Positions 51,136-62,800 of a stretch of DNA of 64,000 nucleotides are shown here, in pieces. Origin of the DNA: Balanoglossus misakiensis (taxonomy: Eukaryota > Animalia > Hemichordata); contig CM082587.2 in assembly GCA_040954595.2 (NCBI GenBank), positions 4,482,093 to 4,546,092 of the forward strand. Reading direction: 5' to 3'. The translations under genes were made by a program, and so were the position numbers. The notes beneath the pieces are model-generated. The model was not told the origin of the DNA, did not search any database, and saw only the letters and a list, made by a program, of their open reading frames with translations. Each line of letters begins with the position of its first letter. The first letter of the stretch is position 1.

Positions 51136-53612
51136 CTAGTCTTCATATTCATCACTATACTCCTCTTCTTCCCAGTCGTCCAGTATCGTTGTCCTGACCA
51201 TCGCTTCCGTCACACGGTATGGATCGCAGTTGGACGAGGGCCTGCGGTCTTCAAAGTAGCCCTTCTTGTCTTCGCCAACCTGTTGGTTGAAAAAAAAAAT
51301 TACGAAACGTTTAACAATCTTGAGCTGAACCCATCATAAGAGTGCAATATCAATCAATCATGCCAAACTCAGTAAACATGTTTATTTCGCACACACAGCA
51401 TACAATCAGCTGGTGCTACCATTATATTCAAATCAGTATCTGATGTTGATTTCATCATCGGTCCATAGGTCAACACGACCAGAAACCAGATGACGATGGG
51501 GTTTCAAGGTGACCTTGATATGTGAATTTAAAAGCAGCGGACCCAATTTCCTTGACCAAAAATGTGTTGTTTAATTTTTTAGGGGAAGAAGTGCTTTTGA
51601 AAACAACATTTTAAATGATCCATGATGATGTCATATTTCATCAAAACATTTTGCATACTGGTTTTGTAACCCAACCATATGGTTGGTATATCTGGTTTTT
51701 ATTTTTGCCTCAACTAAAGGGAAATGCACGAAGGAATTAGGAGGCAACAACCTCCCCAATTTCTTCACTATCAACCAAATGAAATCTTTGTTAAAACTCA
51801 GAACACTGTTGATATACTTTTATCCAGAACAAATAGACCGGAAGCCTTGCATGTTTACTGTGTCTATAAATATCTACGTCATGCCACTGTATTGCATCAG
51901 CAAAATGGAACTGCTGTCATTTTTGCATGGGCCCATCCCACAACACGCACACTAATGGCGCATAACATTTAACTGGTGAATTCCCCGTTACAAGAGATTT
52001 GTGGTTTTGGCAGCCATCTGCTTTTTTTGGGTGGGGGGATTTCCAGAACTATTCAGCGTGATGTCATCGAGTTAGTAAACAGGCTTGAATAAAGTCAGGC
52101 TCACAGAAACCAACAGGTAGGGTGGACCCCGCCCTTACCAGGCAAAACACACTGTTGTCCACTGATGCATGACATTTACAAAAGGCCGAGAAAACGAGTT
52201 TGCTTCCGCCAAAAGCAACATCAGGTTTATGTATTTGGACCGTTTCCCGGTCTCTCTCACTACACAATAATTCCAGGCAACAACCCACGATCAACAAGTG
52301 GAATTATTAATCTGCCTGTTTACATGCAATGTTGTTGACCACCAAAAGTGCAACATCAAAAACAAAGATGACACCTTGACCAGTGCGATGACCTTTAACA
52401 TCAACGAGATGACCGCCCACCCCACCCTATCTATTTCACCTTCAGACAAAAAAAAGGCAATCTAAACAAATCCAAAACACTACTCACTTGGCGTGGAATC
52501 CTTATACTGGCTCCACGGTTGGCAACGCCGGCGGAGAAGTCGTTGATGCTCGATGTTTCGTGTCTACCTGTGAGACGACGGGCGTTGTCTTGGCCATCGT
52601 TGGGGTCGTAGAGCATGATGTGTCTCTTGTGTTGTTTTGAAAGTTTCTCGATGGCATCTTCAATATGCCTGGTGGTTGAGAGAAGTTTTTGTTTAATTTT
52701 ACAAAAGGAACTAATTCACCAAATTGATGTAAAGAATATCATCCCATAATTTTTGAATAAAATCTCACCAAATTTTGTTGAATATACGAGAAACTGCGCA
52801 TATTGAGGAACAAAGCTTACCTGATTCCATTTTCTTCTCTCATGGGTAGGGTGCTGTAGTTGGTGTGGCATCCGGCACCGTTCCAATCGCCCGGCATGGG
52901 TTTGGGATCGAGCGACGCGATCACGCCGAAATCCTCGCACACCCTATGGAGCAAGAACCTGGCAATCCACAGATGGTCACCCATCTCGATGCCTTCACAG
53001 GGTCCAACTTGGAATTCCCACTGGTGGTGAAATATCGAGCAAGAATTAGGATCGATAAAAAAAAATCACCAAAATGCTTGTTTTTAATAAGGAAACCAGC
53101 GCAAAAGCAAAATCAGTATCATAAAGAAAGCCAATAGTCTCACCTGAGCAGGCATGACTTCTGCGTTGGTGCCACTGATGTTGACGCCGGCGTAAAGACA
53201 CGCTCTGTAGTGTGCTTCAAGAATGTCACGTCCGTAGACTTTGTCAGCACCAACGGCACAGTAATAGGGCCCTTGTGGTCCTGGATAACCCCTTGAGGGC
53301 CAGCCGAAAGGATGTCCATCTTGGTTCAGAAGTGTATATTCTTGTTCCATACCGAACCAAGGAATGTGTTCCTTTGCTTTTTCCATGACTTTCTTACATG
53401 ACAAACGGAAGTTGGTTTCTGGTGGAGGGAAAGAAGGACAGAACAGAAAAAAAAGGTTACTTAAAAGTACCAGCTCTTTAGATCCTTAATAGGAACAGTG
53501 GAAGTTGATCCAGGCACGTTACAATGCAAATGTGACACTGTAATGCACACCCAATGATAAAGTAAAAATAGCACTGTCACAATGGTGCCCCCACCAGCCA
53601 AACATCATACCA

Positions 53613-53643
<31 letters not shown>

Positions 53644-54319
53644 TTAACAATTATTGCTTTAACCCGTTCACCTCTCATTGCCCAGGTCCAGCATTTCTTT
53701 TGAAAACAATGGAGTTGGATCAAACCATGGTGGTGAGAGGAAAGGGTGCCTTAAACTGACCCCTGTCATTTTTCTGGGCCAAAGTCCAGGGCTGAGAAAA
53801 GTGATGCAACGCACACAAACTTTCAACACGTCCAAAATTTCAGTGGGCTTAAGAACTTCTCCCAAATTTACCTGCTGGCCTTTTGTCGTACTTGTACGTC
53901 TCACAGAGGACCAATTTGTTGGGTGCCAGTCTGAAGGGGTCGTTGAAAATAGCCACTGGATGAAGGTACATGTCACTGTTGCTGCCTTCTGCCTGTCCTG
54001 TACTGGAACCGTCGTAGTTCCATACTGGCAATTCTGCAAAATTTAAAATTTTATAATTAGTTACGAAACAAGAAATTGAATTTGCTGTACACTTTTCAAC
54101 TATAATTAAGCGATGAACACATTCTGAAACACTGCTTAATTTTTAAATACCTTCTGGTGATTTCGGTTCGAAGTCCACCGTCCTGGTCTTACACCTGACG
54201 CCTTCACCACTACCGTCTATCCAAATGTACATGCATTGGACTTTATCACCAACTGGCAGTTGCATGTAGCGGTGGAGAACTTCCTTGTTAGTAGCTGCTG
54301 AATACGGACTTGAAGACAT
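51136..54319 (-). CDS. GLUL: Glutamine synthetase type II, 376 aa
   Basis: Exons 54319-54151, 54033-53872, 53418-53144, 53020-52821, 52668-52488, 51279-51136 (1131 nt). Hallmark motifs: [99 protein letters not shown]. Confidence 0.97.
53614..53635 (+). repeat. G22 homopolymer in a GLUL intron
   Basis: Run of 22 G followed by AGAGAGA. Confidence 0.9.
53659..53748. mobile_element. Degenerate copy of the same TTAACCCTTTCACC MITE-like family (GLUL intron)
   Basis: TTAACCCGTTCACCTCTC ... GGTGAGAGGAAAGGGTG imperfect inverted termini. Confidence 0.45.
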
Positions 54320-54600
54320 TTTGATTTGTAAATCCTGGGTTTGAGGAAAAAAAATAGAAATGTTTAATAAGTTAGTACGTTGTAACTGGTATTGGTAGAA
54401 GTATGAATGGTGCAAAAAGTTTGTTTTTACTCTTTTCAAAACTGCTTAACAAATGTGGACAAAGTTTAAATTAAATTGTCCTGGGCTCTTACTTAGCTTT
54501 TGTAAAGAATGTAATGTGAAGCCCTAAAATGCCCAGTACTGCTAGTAAACAATAGCATGGTGAAGCCGCCAAATTTCTCGCGCCAAACATTTCGAATTAC

Positions 54601-54716
54601 CTTTTGTTTCAAATCACAACAAAACTATTGATCGCCACTTTTTACCGTTTTCGCCACAGTAGTTAATTTGCGCTTGCACCTTCTTTCGACGAAATCCACT
54701 GCTTCTAAACCTGAAG
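54601..54716 (-). other. Possible additional 5'-UTR exon of glutamine synthetase
   Basis: Acceptor TGTTTACAG (or CTTCAG 6 nt further in) and donor AAG|GTAATT at 54600. No ATG; an in-frame TAG precludes an N-terminal extension. Confidence 0.35.
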
Positions 54717-55353
54717 CTGTAAACATAAGATCTGACCTCCCCACACCTACTACATGGCCTAGCTTCAAGCTTGCCTACTGTTTTCAAGGGTAAAACCCTC
54801 GGCAAAATTCTGATGATCTAATTGGGACGCCAGATGCCACGACTACAGAATCCCCACAACACTTCAAATGTCTGATTTGTTTGTACTCGTGGCATGGGTA
54901 CTAGAAACCAGAGACCGGCTCGTAAAAGTTCACGGAAAAAACGAGGCGCGTTCAACGTACGCGTGCGCGTCGAAATTCCGCGCAATTTTCCTAACGTTCT
55001 GAGCGCAGTCCCACGTACACACTGTGGTTCCAGCAAAAGATTTTCCCGTACACAGATCGCCAAGATTTCCTCGGTTTCAGATCAAACTATACACGACCGT
55101 TGCCGATGTAAATAAACGGAGTACGGACTCGTTCCGATTTCCGATGAAACGGACGAGCCATGTACATTTCCGTCTTACACAACTGACGCGCGCGCGCTCT
55201 CAATCTCATTCATCAAATGTGTACATTTCCATACCGACACCGGGCGTGTACGCATTTACGCGATCGATTGCATCAGCCAACGAAAAACTCTCTAAATCAC
55301 AATGATCGTAGGAAGACAAACACTAGAATCATAAAACGATGGTCCATACTTAC

Positions 55354-55452
55354 TGTGAAACAAGACTATGTGGCAATCAACTTGTAAAAATGAGTAAATT
55401 TCCCTGAGAGGTTGGGGCAATGCTTCAGAGACACGATCGCATGGCAGACTAA
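55354..55452 (-). other. Probable non-coding first exon of glutamine synthetase
   Basis: Strong donor CA|GTAAGT at 55353-55348. Inr-like TTAGTC near 55450, just downstream of a CpG-rich motif cluster. The 5' boundary is approximate. Confidence 0.5.
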
Positions 55453-55469
55453 ACGAAAAGCTAATGTGA

Positions 55470-55640
55470 TGGTGGTGACGTCCTCGTAACCAGGTCACGT
55501 GACGGAAACGTCATCCTCCCAACACAAGTTCTGGTCGTGACTGAAAAATTCCAGGCTGCTGATTGGTTCGCATCTGAATAATAATGACCTGCGTTAGCGT
55601 GCAAAACCCGCGCTTTTCCCGGATTTGGTGCGTGATCGCA
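55470..55640 (-). promoter_or_regulatory. Putative glutamine synthetase proximal promoter
   Basis: Perfect palindrome GTCACGTGAC (55494-55503), TGACG half-sites, CCAAT box (GATTGG 55561-55566) and high CpG density immediately upstream of the predicted first exon. Confidence 0.55.
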
Positions 55641-58600
55641 GACTGACCCCGTGTTTAAGGACGATACAATAAAATGGAAAGATTTCGCCCAAAACTAGCG
55701 CGTGACTTATATAAGAAAAAGAATTGATGTATGGAAATGTGTAGTCAGCATCAGTCACTGTCAACTATGGAAAAACATACGACCAGCTTCAAACAATTAT
55801 TATGTAAACCATTCTCCATAAAACAATGCCGCTATTAAACCACTGTCAATCCAGGGACCGTGCAACTAACATAACGCTTTGATCAAAATAACAATAATGA
55901 AGAATTAAACAATAGATCACGTTGACAAACTTTTCAGGACACAATGGGGGTCAAAACTTCTATCAATTCTCAAGAGATATCACGTTTTAATCCGACCACG
56001 TAAAGTTCCCATATTAATATCATACCAAGGTCGTGCGCCTTTTTCTGTTTTCTTCCACTATTCTTTGATCGCCTTCTTTGATATCACTCTCTGCAGTACC
56101 TGTTGTGTTCTACATTTAGAATTTTAATCACTTAACCGATGGTTATAATCGGCAAATTTTGTTTCACTAGAGCATTATAACTTCTACAGATCTAGCCAGG
56201 GACACGAAAATCTCACGTGCAACCGAGGTCAGGCTCTGACACAATCACGCGCGCGTTACATACGCGCCGCGCCCGGGGCAATTCCCCTCAGAAAAATGCA
56301 TAACATTGGTCATAGAGTCCCGATTGCCTTTTGTAATACATGTATATGAGCTCGTGGAGCTAGGAGGGGAGCTGTTACCCCATATCGATTACTTATCGAT
56401 AAAACCACCGGCGTTATGTAATGAAATGCGTCATGCGAAGGCGCGCGCGGATACAGGACGCGGACCTGCCCCCTGAAAAGATTACGTTTGGACGTATGAA
56501 CTATATTCAATATAACTTTTCTCAGGAATCTGTAAACATACCTGTAAGGACCAGTTTAAATACTTTTTCCGGGCGGTTATGCGAACTGCTAGTAAACGGT
56601 CCTCTGAATTTTCCTGGTGGTGGTGAAATTCGTTACCAAATGAGGTAAACTATAACTGTCCGTCGACTTGCGAAGCTGCAATGTTATATAAAGTATTCTG
56701 TATTGTATTCAAACTACTGACTGGATAGCATGAACAGAGCGCCTGCAATGTCTGTGAGACACGACAAGCAATACGTGATTGGATAGTGAAGTTAATATAT
56801 GTTTATGAAAGCGAATCATGCATTGAACTGAAAGGGGTGTTCGACAAAAGCTATAAAAGTACCTATTTTTCCGTCTTTTGGCCTACATCCTTAATTTATC
56901 CCACTTTTATTACTTATTCCCCTCAAGGGCCTTGGTCTCCCCAGCAGTGTGTGCTTTGAAGACCGAAAAAAACTCAAGTGAACCAAAAATACGACTCGAT
57001 TAATATATTATTAATCCGACACAACTAAATTCCGACTGTCAGATTGATTTTCTTCGGTATATAGGTCAATGTATAGGCATTCATTTCCAAGGCCTGAAAA
57101 AACACCAGCTTTATATTTTTAAACAAAAAACACAATCGACCCTGCATGCGTGCAAAATTACGATACCGCCTATATTTCACATTTCCTTAGAGGAAAACTG
57201 GGCTCTTTTAAACCACGGATGTACGACAAGAGATCGTAACACTCAGATGGTCACCCCTCTGTCTCTTACTAAGAATCGCTTAGTCGACACTCTTTTTTTC
57301 AAAGTAGCCAAGGAAACCCATCGACGGCTGGTGACGTCACATTCTCGTACCTCCACAAGATAATATTTGGTTTTCTTTGACGTCAATAAATATTAAGGTT
57401 ATAGTGCGTTGTGCTTTTTCGCGTAGTATCGCGGTTTGTGGACAAATTACAGGACGGGAGGCCTATTTATTCCCATTCAATTTTTCGCGTTACTTTTATT
57501 TAACGTGTTAGAAATTTCTTATATATGTTTTCTATTTAAAGAAAAGTTATCGGTCATTGAATTTAGCCACAATCTCACTGTTTGTAATTGTCGGTTTATG
57601 TCTCACATAACAACTACTAGTCTTACGCGGGCCCGTTCACGGGGTAACCCGTTTCTCTGTTGCGCTAATGGATGCTCTATAGCTGGGCATGAGAGAAAAC
57701 GGATTTCTAGTAAACACAATAAATGTAACTTTCCACGTGAAAATAACGTGTTCGGACTACCAGCGAGAGTGAACACGTTATAACGAGAAGGAAAGGGTCT
57801 AGTCAAGCGCTCTTCAATACGAGATTGCACCCAATAAAATGAAATTACTAAAGTTAACGTTCGTAGCAAAGTACTGTGCCGTTACACTGTGTTGACACGA
57901 CATCCCTTTACAGCACCGCCTGATTTGATTTCGATATACAGTAATTTTATTTCCTTCAATTGTGCCTTGATTGATGTTCAAGTTGTCATGGCCCAGAAGC
58001 TTATCAGGACACTGAAATTAAAATGACGATGTGTTGTTTATTTTATGGACAAATCTAAAATTCCGGTTTATACATGTAAAGTTTATCGTCGCCACCAAAA
58101 ACAGAAAACCTTTTTTTTTGTTATTGGCTGTACGTAAATTCAACAGCCACCAGGAAAAAAAAAGAAAATTAAAAATCCTAACATAAAAAGAGGCAATACA
58201 TAAGATTTATATATTATAAGGTAAGCTCACATGGTCGCAACTGGCGGGGATTAAGATATTAGAGGGAAATAGCGATATTCTAACAGCTAATAACCTTACT
58301 ATCGAGGAGAGATTTGTGCTAAAATATATCATCGGTGGATATGTTTTTAAAATGATAAATTAAAATGCTTTGAAGAGCATGTTTTGGTGCTTAGCAATCA
58401 TGATCTCATTTTTATTTGAAAATATTGATCGTAATTGTCTTGTGCTATTTTGGGATAATTGCATACAGCGGACAAAACTGTTTTAATAATAAAAGTATAT
58501 AACCGTTTATCGATAGGAATAACAACAAACGTGATGACGATGTACTACATTTAGACTAAAACACAGCAAGAATAATAATACAATCTTTGATATATGAGCC

Positions 58601-59836
58601 ACAAAAATCGATGAATACGTGGAAATTCCCAGTCGCAGTCTTTTCTCAGTTCCTCACAGTCAACGACCCGATAATCCGGGTACATGCGGTGATGACGCAG
58701 TTTCACACTGCTTAGCACCGTTTTTAATAATATTACCGATGACGTAGATAATCTCTCGGAAGTCTGTATAAAAGATTCAAAGATTCAATTGACCAACCAG
58801 GTCGTGTTTTTATTTCTTGGAAGGTTGGAAGCCAACGCCAGTCAAAATTAAAATCACATTCCAGCAGATGGGAGAACGTTTCTAATTTTGACAGTCGCTG
58901 ACGTACGTAGGCCTACTAAGACTTTCTTTAAAATATGTTCTGGATCTGTGCCAGACAGGAAATTCGCATCGGAGAATTGGTTCGAGAAATTTAACTGTTT
59001 GTAGACGGTATGACACTCAGAAACCACGTGATATTGTGGTGGTTTCACGCATCAAACGAGTGAAGTCGTGCTAAAAGGATGTCTATATATAGCGTATTAT
59101 ACATGTACTTAAATATAAAAGAACGCGAATTCACGTGAATTGTACCATAGATCGCCAAGCATTAATACGTAATAACGATATTCAATAATTTTAATGCAAA
59201 TTGTAAATTGTTCAAGCATTTAAAAATCTCACGCCTGTCAATCAAAAATTGAACATTTCATCAAAGTCCGACCCGATTATTAACTAAAAATAAAGGAACC
59301 ACACTAACTTTCAATATATATAATGCTATAATTGTTTGACACTGACTACAGACAATTATTATTTTCAATTCACGACGAAAACGAAAAGGCATAAGCCATT
59401 CTGAATGATGACGTAGGCGGAACGTCGGGTCGAATCCGTGGTAATCACGAGAAGACAGCGTGATTTTCTTCAGCATTGAAGCTATCAATGATACGAGAAA
59501 GCACTATACGTCGATAGATAATAATTGTGTCTGACTATATCGCTATGATACTGTGTCGATCGGCTACACCTGCGACCACACTTTAAATTTCTGATATTTA
59601 CACTTTAAATGATATTTCTATGAATAACTTGAAGTGAAGACAAAGAAACATTTCAGGAATCATTTCTCGTATACTAGATTTTTTATTTCCCAGTATACGT
59701 ACTGGGTTTACAAAAAAAGATTTACAGTACACTGCCAGTGCTATACACAGCATTTCAACCGACTGATGCGTGAAAACGTAATCTAAAACAGATGGATTTT
59801 TTTATTCCGCATTTTCCATTTCGTTATTTAATTTTT

Positions 59837-62800
59837 CTAGAGAGTTGAGAGTGGGGGACACACTGAAGAGGGGAACTGCTGGTCCAGCTGTCTGAAGAGT
59901 AGGGCACTCTTGTTGCGTTCGCTTTGGTAGCCAAGTTCATTGTAAATTCTGGCCTGAAACAAAATTAACAAAAAAATAATTAATTAAGACATAAAGTGAA
60001 AGAAATAACACATTTTTAGACTAGGAAAGAAGGGCACAGACATACACAAACACACATGGACATGGGGGTAATTTTTGATTTACCTGTAAGTAGAGAACTT
60101 CTTTTTGTTTGCACTGAGCTTCTGTCTTTTGTAAGCCGTCAAATACATCATTAAGAATCCGAACAGCTGACAAGAGCGCTGGGGACATAAAATACAAGAT
60201 CATTTGTCCTTTTTGAAAATGGCACATGATATTTTAGTGTTAATGTTAGTCTCTTGAGATCCCTATTAGGAAAGTGATTTTATTACATCATATTATGTTT
60301 GTGTAATGTACATGCTGCTATATGATGTCTTTTCTTGTCATGGGGAAAGTTCTTACCTATCTTACGTTTCTTCGTTTGATCTTGAGGAGTACAGGCAAGC
60401 TGGCACTTAGCCAAAAGAAGCTGTACGCAGCTTTTATCATACAGAGAACCTGCAAAAACCAAAAATAAAAACATCTGGTAAGAATGCAGCATCAGGATGT
60501 GAAGAGACGATAAAAGCCATTTTACGTTGGGATACAATCCAAGATGGCTGTCATGTCACCACATTCCCACAAATTTGTTAATGTCCAGGGCCGTGTTAAA
60601 CTTGAGCACTCGCTGACTGACAAATTGACAACCCAACCAATAAGGACACACTTACCATGGGCCAATACCTGGATCATACATTTTTCCACCAATGAGAGAG
60701 CTTGGTGAGGAAGATTTAATTGTAGCTGCAGAATAAGGTGGAACTAGATGGCTTAATAATAAAAACAGTAACAAACAAACCGACACAGGTAGCTGTCGCA
60801 GTGTACTGAAATGTCTTTCAAAACAATTATTAAATTAAACTGCGGCATTCAGGGCTGTTGTATTCAAGCTGTCACATGCTTTAGTTTCATCCGTCTTACC
60901 TGTACATGGGCTAAATGCATGGTGGTGATGGCATCCAGGTAATAAAAGTGATGCTGTTGGCATAGCGACAGACCCTGCAACAGATGGGATGCGGCCAGCG
61001 TGTAGCTGGATGTCTGACAACACAGCTCAGCCAGTGTGATGAGTAACCTGCCACACAAACAAACAATTTTTGATGAGTAATAATACTGGGAACTTGGTAT
61101 GAAAATATACAATTCATTCGGCTGTCTGGACATGAAACAAACAACCCTGACCTGAAACCCGACAGCACTTACTGTTACGTGTTTCTAAAAATTGACCAGT
61201 TTGGTGGATACTAATAGCATGTAATTATCAGAAAAATGACTTGGCTCTTGCAAAGTTCAGGAAAATTTATCATTCGCGAAAATTTCCCGTTTTACAGTAT
61301 CTTACCTTGCATAGTGCTCTGCTGTGTAGCCTTTCTTCCTGTCATTGTAGTCATCCATCATTGAGTGCAGCAGTTTGTATGCCTCCGACGTTTCCCCCTT
61401 CAGTCTCAGCAACTGGCACTTTCTGTTAATATTTTTTTGGGGGAAAAACAGAGGTCACACTTTTGTGATATAAATTGCCCACACTTATGCCAGTGTGCAA
61501 AAGAAAGTAAATACAACAACTTGCCTGTAGAGGGCCTCCACTTCATCCAGAGCTGTCATGTTGAGAACTGCTTGTTCTGCAGCCGGCCACTTTGCGTGGT
61601 GGACTGATCTGATGAAAATAATCTCCTGCTCCACCAACATCCAAAGCTGAAAGGTTGATATATCACAAAATCAAACTTTTCATTTTCAAAAAAATATTAC
61701 ATGATAACAGTCGGTCTGTCGTAAAGAGGACAGCAAAAAACATGCTGTGTGAGGACTGACTACAACTGGAGCCAGAAATCTCTGAATTTGGAAACTCACC
61801 TTTGCGTGCTGGGAATGGCTGAGGAACGTCTTCTTCATGTAGCTGATGACATCCACGGCAGTGTTGTAGTATCCTTGGTCGGCGTGCAGCTTGGCAAGAT
61901 GGCAGAGTACGATGCACACGGCTTCACTGTCGACCGGGAAACTGGACTTGGCCAGCTCGCTGCTGCTGTTCATGTGCAGTAGCATCTGGCTACACAACCG
62001 AGACATCTCGCTGAAAAGGGTGTACGAACAGAACATTTTATATAGGCTCATCTAAAGAAAGCTAGGCAAAACAGAATCATTAACTTAAATGTTACCTTTG
62101 TCCGTACATCTGCCACATAGCCGACTGCATGGCCAGGCAGGTGCACATCAAGTCCGGCATGTTGTGGAGTAAATTCATGGCATCGCTTCCAAGGAAGTAG
62201 GAGAACATGCTAGAACGAAGCAACGGAATGGAGAAAATGTCATGCTTTTCCTATAAAATGGCAAAATTCTTTACATTAGAGTGGACCCTAATAGTTAGTA
62301 ATACATGAGCATGTATTGTAAATGCAATAGAGGCTTCAGTGTATACTCAAAGATGATTCCCAAAGATAGAGAACATTATTCATTCATCGCCATCTTACCT
62401 GGCAGGGTCAGCCCCGGCATGACACTTCTGTTTTGTATAATTCTGTATTCCCAGTGATGCCAAGTACTGCAGAAAGTAATATGAGAATTATTCAAATCAT
62501 TCACAGACTATTGCACTATAAAGCATCTTCCATACCACTTATGTGCCTCAGAAACAGATTTTCAGAAAAATGATTCAGATGAGACTTACAGGGAGGTTCA
62601 GTTCCCTTGCCCTGGTGACAGATCTGTCCAGGAGATAACCCAGATCTTCGCCTTTCTCTTGTTGAAGACGACACAGCCAGCCCTGAAATTTGCATGAAAA
62701 CAACGGATTAGTGGGCCTTGATGGAAATGGCCGAAACTGAACACAGCAACGATCTACAAAACGATTATTATTTACCGATGCGTGTTGCAAGCAGACGCTG

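Noticed and set aside
51405-51462. Box C/D-like arrangement (ATGATGA...CTGA...CTGA) on the minus strand in a GLUL intron
   Set aside because: Only about 53 nt, no terminal stem, and no rRNA/snRNA complementarity of 10 nt or more that I can recognise.
54320-55450. Possible upstream mitochondrial targeting extension of glutamine synthetase
   Set aside because: Both candidate upstream exons have in-frame TAG stops before the junction.
59385-59450. tRNA/SINE-like look (GACGT-7nt-ACGTC stem followed by GGGTCGAATCC)
   Set aside because: No acceptor stem or D-arm, B-box mismatch and wrong arm spacing; no cloverleaf can be built.
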